From assembly GCA_964368805.1 (NCBI GenBank), contig CAYJDE010000001.1, positions 1 through 56,618 of the forward strand: 56,618 bases of DNA, given 5' to 3'. The notes beneath the pieces were generated by a model. That model was given only the letters and a program-made list of their open reading frames with translations, had not been told where the DNA came from and did no database searches. The stretch is from an uncultured Desulfovibrionaceae bacterium. Lineage in GTDB: Bacteria; Desulfobacterota; Desulfovibrionia; Desulfovibrionales; Desulfovibrionaceae. A program made the translations under genes and the position numbers. The first letter of the stretch is position 1. The number at the start of each line of letters is the position of its first letter. Shown in pieces: positions 46,032 to 53,561 of this stretch.

Positions 46032-47069
46032 TTATTTTTTCTTACGATTCCGTAAATATTGGCGCACTGCTCTATTGTGCTCAGCAAGGGTTTTAGAAAA
46101 AGCGTGTTCACCGCCATCGGTAATGGCAACAAAGTACAAAAAGTCATGCTTTTCCGGTTGTAAAACAGCTCGAAGGGCCGCTACACCCGGTGAACAAATG
46201 GGCCCCGGAGGCAAACCTGCATGCTGATAGGTATTGTATAAATTATTGGCATCATTGATATGCTTACGTCGTAAATTTCCATCAAAAGCAGGTCCCAACC
46301 CATAAATAATAGTAGGGTCTGCCTGTAAAATCATATTAATACGTAATCTGTTAGTATACACCCCTGCCACACGCGGCCTTTCTGCAGGTATACGGGTTTC
46401 TTTTTCCACAATGGAAGCCAAAATAACTATTCGTCGTAAATCTTCTTTACTTGGCTTTACACCACCAAGCCAATAAGGTTTCATTTTAAGCCAAAAAGTA
46501 TCCACCAAACGGCCAGCTATGGCCCTTGCTTGCTCCTTAGTAGGCACATCTTCCTTTTTTAAAAGGTAGGTATCGGGCATAAGAAAACCCTCTGCCGTGT
46601 CAAAAGGAATGCCATAATGGCGTAAAAACTTTTCGTCGGTAATAACAGCTTTAAAGTCGTCAAAAGTTACAAAACCGTTCTTTTCCAAAAGCCGTCCCAC
46701 TTGCCACCACGTAAGCCCTTCACGAATGGTGATGCGGTGTAAAATGGCTTTTCCAAACACAAGCTCTTGCAAAATAGCATCGGGAAGCCAATGCGAATGG
46801 AGTTTAAAACGCCCCACTTGTAAATTATTCTCTAATTTCTTAAATCGTGCGTATAGGACAAATTTTAAACTATCAAGAATAAGTCCTTTTTTTTCCAATT
46901 GCAAAGCTACAGCTTTCAACGTGGCCCCAGGTTCCACATCAAAATACACTTCTTTACCTGGGCTTTGGGCCGGTGTTTCCAAAAAGGTTTTAGCCTGCCA
47001 ATACACAAAGCCAAGTCCAACAAAAGCTGTCAAAAGTAAAAAAGCAAAACAACGTAAAATAAATTTCAT
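46032..47069 (-). CDS. mltG: Endolytic murein transglycosylase MltG (YceG-like)
   Basis: N-terminal TM anchor. YceG-domain features: LASIVEKE, NTYQHAGLPPGPICSPG. Confidence 0.88.
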   Translation of the reverse strand: MKFILRCFAFLLLTAFVGLGFVYWQAKTFLETPAQSPGKEVYFDVEPGATLKAVALQLEKKGLILDSLKFVLYARFKKLENNLQVGRFKLHSHWLPDAILQELVFGKAILHRITIREGLTWWQVGRLLEKNGFVTFDDFKAVITDEKFLRHYGIPFDTAEGFLMPDTYLLKKEDVPTKEQARAIAGRLVDTFWLKMKPYWLGGVKPSKEDLRRIVILASIVEKETRIPAERPRVAGVYTNRLRINMILQADPTIIYGLGPAFDGNLRRKHINDANNLYNTYQHAGLPPGPICSPGVAALRAVLQPEKHDFLYFVAITDGGEHAFSKTLAEHNRAVRQYLRNRKKK

Positions 47070-47071
47070 AT

Positions 47072-47536
47072 TTATGCCTCCTTTGCTTTTTGTATTTCCC
47101 TTTGCACTTCTTTTTCTTGAGGGCTTAATGCTAAAAAAGATTGCAAAATACGTACTGCCGCTTGTTGGTCTAGCACGTCTTTATGTTTCTTTCCTTTAAG
47201 CTTGCTTTCCCATAAATCGCTGCTGGCCTCTTCAGACGAAAGAGCCTCAGGCATAAGATATATAGGTAAAGAAGTACGTCTTTGTAAACGAGCAACAAAG
47301 TTACGCACTTGCCTTGTGGTTAAGCTTTCATTGCCATCAAGATACAAAGGAAGCCCCACCACCAAGGCTGTAGGTTGTTCTTCTTCTATACAGGCCAAAA
47401 GCTTAGCAAAAAAATCTGCTCTAGGACTTTGCGGCGGACAATGTATTGTACAGCGCGGGAAAGCCATGCGCCCTCCCGCATCTGTCACAGCAATACCTGT
47501 GCGTACAAGTCCATAATCAATACAAAGATATTTCAA
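47072..47536 (-). CDS. ruvX: Putative pre-16S rRNA nuclease / Holliday junction resolvase-like YqgF
   Basis: [16 protein letters not shown] (compare LDxGxxRIGVAxxD). Probable TTG start at 47536 just after the trpS stop. The ORF-track ATG at 47632 would overlap trpS by ~90 nt. Confidence 0.75.
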   Translation of the reverse strand: MKYLCIDYGLVRTGIAVTDAGGRMAFPRCTIHCPPQSPRADFFAKLLACIEEEQPTALVVGLPLYLDGNESLTTRQVRNFVARLQRRTSLPIYLMPEALSSEEASSDLWESKLKGKKHKDVLDQQAAVRILQSFLALSPQEKEVQREIQKAKEA

Positions 47537-47540
47537 TAGC

Positions 47541-48530
47541 CTACAAACCCATACGAGAACGCACAAGGTCCATGGTTTTTTCTGCAGCTGTTTGAGCTTT
47601 CGCATTTCCCGCTTCAATAACTTCTTGCACAAGGTCAGGATTATTATCTAAGAAAATACGACGATTTTGCAAAGGCTCTAGGAAAGAGCGTAAATTTGCA
47701 AGAAAAATCTTCTTACAATCCATACAACCCATGCTGGCATTTTTACACCCTTCGGTAATTTCTGCCTGTTGTTCTTTACTGGCCAACAGTTCATGGTATG
47801 GATACAAATTGCATACCTTAGGATCGCCGGGATCAGATTTACGTAAACGGGCAGGATCTGTAAACATGCCTTTAATCTTTGGTTCAAGGTCTGCCATGCT
47901 ATCACGCAAAAAAATGCCATTATTATAACTTTTAGACATCTTACGTCCATCAAGGCCGGGACATTTAGCCGCAGGGGTTAATTTTGCTTCCACATCCACA
48001 AAGGTTTCCCCATAAAGATGGTTAAAACGTCGACCAATTTCACGAGTCATTTCTAAGTGCGGTAATTGGTCTTGTCCCACAGGCACAAATTTTGGTAAAT
48101 ACATAAGAATATCCGCACTCATGAGAACAGGATAGCACAAAAAGCCTGCATTACTCAAATCTTTATGCGTAATTTCTTGTTGTTGCTCTTTATATGTAGG
48201 ACAGCGCTCAAGCCAAGATACAGGCGTAATCATGGAAAGCAATAAAGACAACTCTGCATGACATTTTACAGAAGATTGAACAAAAATAACGCATTTTTCT
48301 GGGTCAATTCCAGCCGCAAGCCAATCTTTAACCATTTCAAAAGAATTTTCTTTGATGGCGGAAGGATCTGCAAATTCGCTGGTCAATGCATGCCAATCTG
48401 CCACAAAGAAAAAGGCGTCCGTTTCATTTTGTAGCTCTGCCCAATTTTTTAAAACGCCAAAATAATGCCCAAGATGTAATGGGCCAGTAGGACGCATACC
48501 AGAAACGGTACGCAAACGAGATGTGCTCAT
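47541..48530 (-). CDS. trpS: Tryptophan--tRNA ligase
   Basis: HIGH-type motif [12 protein letters not shown] and the KMSKS motif. GGAGAA RBS before ATG 48530. Confidence 0.92.
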   Translation of the reverse strand: MSTSRLRTVSGMRPTGPLHLGHYFGVLKNWAELQNETDAFFFVADWHALTSEFADPSAIKENSFEMVKDWLAAGIDPEKCVIFVQSSVKCHAELSLLLSMITPVSWLERCPTYKEQQQEITHKDLSNAGFLCYPVLMSADILMYLPKFVPVGQDQLPHLEMTREIGRRFNHLYGETFVDVEAKLTPAAKCPGLDGRKMSKSYNNGIFLRDSMADLEPKIKGMFTDPARLRKSDPGDPKVCNLYPYHELLASKEQQAEITEGCKNASMGCMDCKKIFLANLRSFLEPLQNRRIFLDNNPDLVQEVIEAGNAKAQTAAEKTMDLVRSRMGL

Positions 48531-48659
48531 GTGTTCTCCATACAATGGTATATCAAGGCAGCAGCTAAAGTAGCTCTAGCTGCTGCCAAAAGCCTATCTA
48601 TATACTATACATAAACTTTCTTTACTACAATACGTGTATCACTAGTGTAGTACTGCCGC

Positions 48660-49334
48660 TTATTTTAGACCAAAAAGCGTCAATAAAACATCGTTGGTAC
48701 CAAGTACCAAGGGGCTAAGTATCTTACTAAGCATATTGGTGGCAAGCAGAATAATAAGAATAATAAAACCATACTTACCAAGATTCATATACTTCCAGGC
48801 CACAGAAGGCGGTAGAAAATACGCTATCACCTTACTACCATCTAAAGGCGGTATGGGCAAAAGATTCAGCCAGCATAGGCCACAATTTATCATAATCCCC
48901 ACAACCAAAGTACGTACAAAAAATTCAAAAATACTACTATCTTTCCACTGTTCAATGGGGGCAACATGAATAAATACACTTAAAAGGCAGGCAAAAATGC
49001 CCGCCAAAAGCAGATTTGTCAACGGGCCTGCCAATGATACTAGCATCATATCTTTTTGCGGATCTTTAAAATAGCGAGGGTTAACAGGCACAGGCTTTGC
49101 CCAGCCAAAAACAAAGGCACCGCTTACGCTGGTTAGCACAAAAACAAGCAAACCCATGGGGTCAATATGCGGTAAAGGATTAAGTGTTAATCGGCCCATC
49201 ATGCGGGCCGTAGGATCTCCACGTAGTGCCGCCACCCAACCATGGGCCACTTCGTGCAAAATAATACCCAGCAATGCCGGAATAAAAGCCACAGCAAAGT
49301 TTTTAAATAATAAAGCGATATTTGCATCAAACAT
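48660..49334 (-). CDS. Site-2 protease (M50) family membrane metalloprotease
   Basis: HEVAHGWVA (HExxH) inside a TM helix and NLLPIPPLDG (LDG motif). 224 aa. Confidence 0.82.
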   Translation of the reverse strand: MFDANIALLFKNFAVAFIPALLGIILHEVAHGWVAALRGDPTARMMGRLTLNPLPHIDPMGLLVFVLTSVSGAFVFGWAKPVPVNPRYFKDPQKDMMLVSLAGPLTNLLLAGIFACLLSVFIHVAPIEQWKDSSIFEFFVRTLVVGIMINCGLCWLNLLPIPPLDGSKVIAYFLPPSVAWKYMNLGKYGFIILIILLATNMLSKILSPLVLGTNDVLLTLFGLK

Positions 49335-49537
49335 AATGTATTTTTACCACATGCTTTTAAGGATAACAAGGAATAAACAAGGCATATTGTACAAAGGCCA
49401 GCAAAGCTCTTTAACAAGCCGTTGAAAGTACTGTCCATTACTTCATGCGACTACTATCAGCCCACAGGAAGTGGGCAAGCCCCGCAGGGGAGCAAGCCAT
49501 AGAAAAACGATGAGACAGACATGTCATCATAATTTTT

Positions 49538-49598
49538 TTAACTGACTTTTTAACAGACTGTTAACAATATATTAACATAGTATTAACAATTTATTAAA
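49538..49598 (+). promoter_or_regulatory. Array of six helically phased TTAAC(A) direct repeats (candidate regulator-binding or DNA-bending site)
   Basis: TTAAC begins at 49538, 49550, 49561, 49572 and 49583, with TTAAA at 49594. Spacings are 12, 11, 11, 11 and 11 bp. Confidence 0.55.
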
Positions 49599-49744
49599 GC
49601 TTCACCGATGGCCCTTACAAAAAAGCGTTGCCTTTATTACGCAAATGGCTAAACTAACCTCCGTTACGAAATATAATACCGTAAAAAATTGTGCCAAGTA
49701 GTTATCAAAAAAATAGACCTTCTAAAAAATGCGAAAGAACTCCT

Positions 49745-49978
49745 ATGTGTGAAAATACTCAAAGAAAATACCCTATTCCCATGGTAACGGTGCTTGTGCA
49801 ACCGGAAGAAAAAGAAATGCACATTCCTCGTCCCAAAACAGTAAGACAGCTTTTAGAGGCCCTTGGTCTGCGTGAAGAAACGGCCTTAGTGGTGCGCCAA
49901 AATACTCTACTTACCCCTGATGTACGTATTTATGCAAATGATTCCCTCTTGGTACGTAAAGTAACATCTTCAGGGTAA
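49745..49978 (+). CDS. Small ThiS/MoaD-like beta-grasp protein (start ambiguous: 49691 GTG, 49745 ATG or 49781 ATG)
   Basis: The core MVTVLVQPEEKEMHIPRPKTVRQLLEALGL...NDSLLVRKVTSSG has the length and pattern of ThiS/MoaD-like proteins, but it ends in SSG rather than GG. Confidence 0.4.
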   Translation: MCENTQRKYPIPMVTVLVQPEEKEMHIPRPKTVRQLLEALGLREETALVVRQNTLLTPDVRIYANDSLLVRKVTSSG

Positions 49979-50128
49979 CACCTAAAATCAATATCAAAAG
50001 GTATTTTTTATCATAATTTTTACTAAAGCTAGAATGCTTACAAGCAATTTTGGTAGCAGTAAAAATCATAGTAAAATCCTATTAGCGTCTTCTACATACC
50101 CTTGAGTTGCATACAATTCTTCTTTTAT

Positions 50129-50151
50129 ATTTTGAAAATACTTTTCAAAAT
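50129..50151. promoter_or_regulatory. Perfect 10-bp inverted repeat (operator-like) upstream of the ferredoxin gene
   Basis: ATTTTGAAAA-TAC-TTTTCAAAAT, about 185 nt upstream of ATG 50337. Confidence 0.4.
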
Positions 50152-50336
50152 TTCGTATGACATCAATAATTTAAGCCGTAAGATTGCCATCAAGACTTTT
50201 TTTAAAAAATATATTTTCTCACTTGACAGGTGCAAAGGCTAACGCTATGCCTTTGGACACGGAATGTGAATTTCGTAATGGTTGAAACCTAAGGACAAGA
50301 ATTTTTTCTGTCCAAATTAACTTTTTGGAGGATATT

Positions 50337-50525
50337 ATGAGCTGGAATGTAACCGTAGACGCTGACAAATGTACTGGTTGTGGCGAATGTGTAGACGTTT
50401 GCCCTGTAGAAGTATACGAACTTCAAGACGGCAAATCTGCTGTTATTAACGAAGAAGAATGTCTTGGCTGTGAGTCTTGCGTAGAAGTATGTGAGACCAG
50501 CGCTGTTAGCGTCGAAGAAATGTAG
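50337..50525 (+). CDS. Small 2x[4Fe-4S]-type ferredoxin (62 aa)
   Basis: CTGCGECVDVCP and CLGCESCVEVC cluster motifs. GGAGGA RBS 5 nt upstream of the ATG. Confidence 0.9.
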   Translation: MSWNVTVDADKCTGCGECVDVCPVEVYELQDGKSAVINEEECLGCESCVEVCETSAVSVEEM

Positions 50526-50640
50526 GTTTATTGCAAAATAAGTTCGAATGTTCATGAGGAAAAAAAATATTTTTTTATGGCATTCCCCTTCTTGCCATTG
50601 GCAAAAGAAGACTTATTTTTGATAAGCCCATGGAAATTGG

Positions 50641-50675
50641 TGCCGCCGAGCTTTTTAGGTTCGGCGGCATTTTAC
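50641..50675 (+). terminator. Rho-independent terminator after the ferredoxin gene
   Basis: TGCCGCCGA (50641-50649) / TCGGCGGCA (50661-50669), followed by TTTTAC. A weaker hairpin CTTCTTGCC...GGCAAAAGAAG lies at ~50588-50612. Confidence 0.65.
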
Positions 50676-50867
50676 TATCTCAGTGTGCACAGTTTGTAAA
50701 AATGCGAAGAATTCCTCAATGAAATACTAAAAAACGGAAATTCTTTGTATTTTATTTCACCATAAAACCCCTGCAAAATATTGTCAGCAGTTTTTGTGAA
50801 AATCTTCAACAAACAAACTGAGATGAGACATTTTTATACGCTCGTCGAGTGATTTTTAAGGATACGC

Positions 50868-51536
50868 ATGATTCCGGACCTTTCTGCCATATTTACCCGT
50901 TATGAAGCCTTGGTGGCCGAAACAGACGCCCTTTTTTCTCATATTCGTACTGCACACCAAGATTGTGTCAGCTGTGAACAAGGTTGTAGTGACTGTTGCC
51001 ATGCCCTTTTCGATCTTTCCTTAGTAGAAGCTATGTATATAAATCAGACTTTTACAAAGAACATCCCCTATGGCAAAGAGCGTTCAGACATTCTTACTCG
51101 TGCTGCCGATCTTGACCGTACCCTTACACGCATTAAACGTAATTTTTATAAAGCTTCCAAAGAAGGCAAAGATCCCACAGAAATTATGGCAGAAGCTGCA
51201 CGTTTGCGCCTGCCCTGTCCTTTATTGGATGACCAAAACTCTTGTGTCCTTTATGCCCACAGACCCATCACCTGTCGTCTGTATGGTGTGCCCATGAATA
51301 TTAGTGGGCGTGGGCATGTTTGTGGAAAAACAGGCTTTTCTAAAGGTGGACAATATCCCACAGTACATATGAATGGTATTCAAGAACGTCTTGATGGCCT
51401 TTCAAAAGAGATTACGCAAGTTATCCAAAGCCGTTTTAAAGAGTTAGATCAAATATTTGTGCCCGTTTCCATGGCATTACTCACCAACTATAATGAACAA
51501 TATCTTGGTATTGGCCCTGTTAAAAAGGAAGTCTGA
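50868..51536 (+). CDS. YkgJ-family (CxxCxxCC, UPF0153) putative Zn/Fe-S-binding protein
   Basis: DCVSCEQGCSDCCHALFDL motif plus a second Cys cluster CPLLDDQNSCVLYAHRPITCRLYG. Confidence 0.75.
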   Translation: MIPDLSAIFTRYEALVAETDALFSHIRTAHQDCVSCEQGCSDCCHALFDLSLVEAMYINQTFTKNIPYGKERSDILTRAADLDRTLTRIKRNFYKASKEGKDPTEIMAEAARLRLPCPLLDDQNSCVLYAHRPITCRLYGVPMNISGRGHVCGKTGFSKGGQYPTVHMNGIQERLDGLSKEITQVIQSRFKELDQIFVPVSMALLTNYNEQYLGIGPVKKEV

Positions 51537-51538
51537 TC

Positions 51539-51931
51539 ATGCTTGAAATGATTCCCGCTTCTGTTTTTCGTGACGGAACCCGTCAAGAACTTAATGAAGA
51601 ACAAGAGGCCCTTAAAAAAGAAATCTATGAGAGAATGAACCCAAGACGGCGCAAATTTGTAGACCGTATAGGCTATGATAATTGGGACCCTTTTCAAAAA
51701 CCCAATGATCCTTTAGATATTCGACTTGATGCCACCAAAAGAACCACACAACAACTGGTGCGCGAATTTCTACAAGTGGCGGCACAAAAAGGCCAATATA
51801 GCAATGACTATGGGCGTGGCGCATTGGAATGCGCTTTAGGCGTGGTGAACAAAGATGAAAAATATCTTGGTATTTTTGATTTTTGCCTCTGGTATCATGA
51901 TTTACTTAAGAAAGAAGGATATATTAAATGA
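51539..51931 (+). CDS. Hypothetical protein (130 aa)
   Basis: AAGGAAG RBS. The start lies 2 nt after the upstream stop, and the gene has an ATGA overlap with the downstream TPR gene. Confidence 0.6.
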   Translation: MLEMIPASVFRDGTRQELNEEQEALKKEIYERMNPRRRKFVDRIGYDNWDPFQKPNDPLDIRLDATKRTTQQLVREFLQVAAQKGQYSNDYGRGALECALGVVNKDEKYLGIFDFCLWYHDLLKKEGYIK

Positions 51932-52554
51932 AAAAGAACTACGATGACATTGATGAATATATCGCTGATTTAAAAAGCGAAATTGAACAAAATGAGCAAT
52001 GCGCCAACCACCATTACAATTTAGGTTTGGCTCTTTTAAGTAAAAGAGACTTTGTGGGTGCAGAAGAATCATTTTTAGCTGCTGTACGCAACTCCCCACG
52101 CCTTGCCGAAGCCTTTGTGCAACTTGGCGGTATTTGCCTTGAACGTGGCGATTTAGACGGTTGTTTGCGCTATAACGAAGAAGCCGCCAATTGCCGGGCC
52201 AAATTCCCTGTACCTTGGGGAAATATTGGCTTTGTGCACCTGCAACGTGGTGAACCTGAAAAGGCCATCAAAGCGTTAAAAAAAGCCATTAAATGGGAAC
52301 CAAACTTCATTCAAGCCCATAATGCTCTTGCTACAGCCCACTTCATGGAAGGCGACTACGAAGCTAGTGAAGCGGCCTGTAATGAAGCCATACGCCGTGC
52401 GCCGGATTTTGCCCCCGCATGGAACAATCTCTCCTTAGTGCTTTTTGAAAAAGGGGAATTTTCCAGAGCCGTTGAAGCCGTAGATAAAGCCCTTGCCGGT
52501 GGCTTTGAAGTGCGTCAAGAATATCTTGACGAACTGGCTCCGCACAGAAAATAA
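51928..52554 (+). CDS. TPR-repeat protein
   Basis: About five 34-aa TPR-like units (for example HYNLGLALLSKRDFVGAEESFLAAVRNSP, AWNNLSLVLFEKGEFSRAVEAVDKAL). Confidence 0.8.
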   Translation: MKKNYDDIDEYIADLKSEIEQNEQCANHHYNLGLALLSKRDFVGAEESFLAAVRNSPRLAEAFVQLGGICLERGDLDGCLRYNEEAANCRAKFPVPWGNIGFVHLQRGEPEKAIKALKKAIKWEPNFIQAHNALATAHFMEGDYEASEAACNEAIRRAPDFAPAWNNLSLVLFEKGEFSRAVEAVDKALAGGFEVRQEYLDELAPHRK

Positions 52555-52647
52555 AAAAGAGGCAGTTCCTTTGAGACTGCGCACAATGCATTGTGCAGGA
52601 GTCTTAGGACAATGTGCATTTAATAATTATTGTGTGCAGCACTCATT

Positions 52648-52698
52648 ATAAAGAAAAGCTCTTATACATGCTAGCCATGTATAAGAGCTTTTCTTTAT
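52648..52698. terminator. 23-bp perfect-stem hairpin between convergent genes (bidirectional terminator-like)
   Basis: ATAAAGAAAAGCTCTTATACATG (52648-52670), loop CTAGC, CATGTATAAGAGCTTTTCTTTAT (52676-52698). Confidence 0.65.
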
Positions 52699-52755
52699 AA
52701 TAAATGCTGATTATTTTTTGAACAACCTATTAAAGGGGCTGCTTTTGAAAAACGC

Positions 52756-53010
52756 TTACCAAGCTCTATCGTAACGATGCCTTTTGTCGTGAGAGTTACC
52801 CACCAAGCCACCAGCAAGGGCTCCAACCCCAGCCCCAGCCAAGGTCGCCCAACCGGCTGCCCCACCAGAAACAGCAGCAATACCAAGACCGGCAGCAGCA
52901 CCAAGGGCGGCACCGCTCAATGTACCTTGTGTGGTATTGGACATATTGGTACAGCCAACGCCGCTGGCCAGCACCATACTTAACAAAGCAACTATAGCTA
53001 TCTTTTTCAT
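52756..53010 (-). CDS. Glycine-zipper small lipoprotein or membrane protein (OsmB / 17-kDa-antigen-like)
   Basis: Signal/lipobox-like MKKIAIVALLSMVLASGVGC, then GxxxG zipper GAALGAAAGLGIAAVSGGAAGWATLAGAGVGALAGGLVG. GAGG RBS. Confidence 0.75.
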   Translation of the reverse strand: MKKIAIVALLSMVLASGVGCTNMSNTTQGTLSGAALGAAAGLGIAAVSGGAAGWATLAGAGVGALAGGLVGNSHDKRHRYDRAW

Positions 53011-53013
53011 ATA

Positions 53014-53424
53014 TTACCTCACTTGTAACTTAGGTTCCATGACATATTTCCACAAAACTTCAAACACCGGTGTGGACATTTTGTCAGTATTGCTTTTATA
53101 CCATGCGTCAATGTCGTTAACAATTTGATCCCTGGTATTTTTTTCAAACGCCGTAATCCAATTTTTTGGAAACAAGGTTAACGTTGCTAAGATTGCGGCT
53201 TTATCTGTAGATTTACCTGCTTTTTTAGCAAAATGTTCCGCAATGGCGTATTCCATACTTACAGCACATTCCACACCGTATATAAGGGCCTCTTTGTTAT
53301 CATCGGTGGATGACATCCAAATTTTTCCGGTTAACTGTTTCAATGGATTAACCCCCGCAAGGGCTATGCCGGCGCTAAAAATCAAACACACGGCAAGAAA
53401 AGAACTTACAATCATTTTTTTCAT
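53014..53424 (-). CDS. Hypothetical secreted protein (136 aa)
   Basis: Signal peptide MKKMIVSSFLAVCLIFSAGIALA|GV. Its stop is 3 nt before the glycine-zipper gene start. Confidence 0.6.
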   Translation of the reverse strand: MKKMIVSSFLAVCLIFSAGIALAGVNPLKQLTGKIWMSSTDDNKEALIYGVECAVSMEYAIAEHFAKKAGKSTDKAAILATLTLFPKNWITAFEKNTRDQIVNDIDAWYKSNTDKMSTPVFEVLWKYVMEPKLQVR

Positions 53425-53561
53425 GGTTTTACTCCTTATTAAATGCCCTAATAAGATTTTTATATTAAGACGTTATATGACATAGTACATAAAAATCCTT
53501 TACGGGTAACTTTACCCTTGTACAGTATTTTTTTATTTACTGTCAATACAACAAAAAAACA

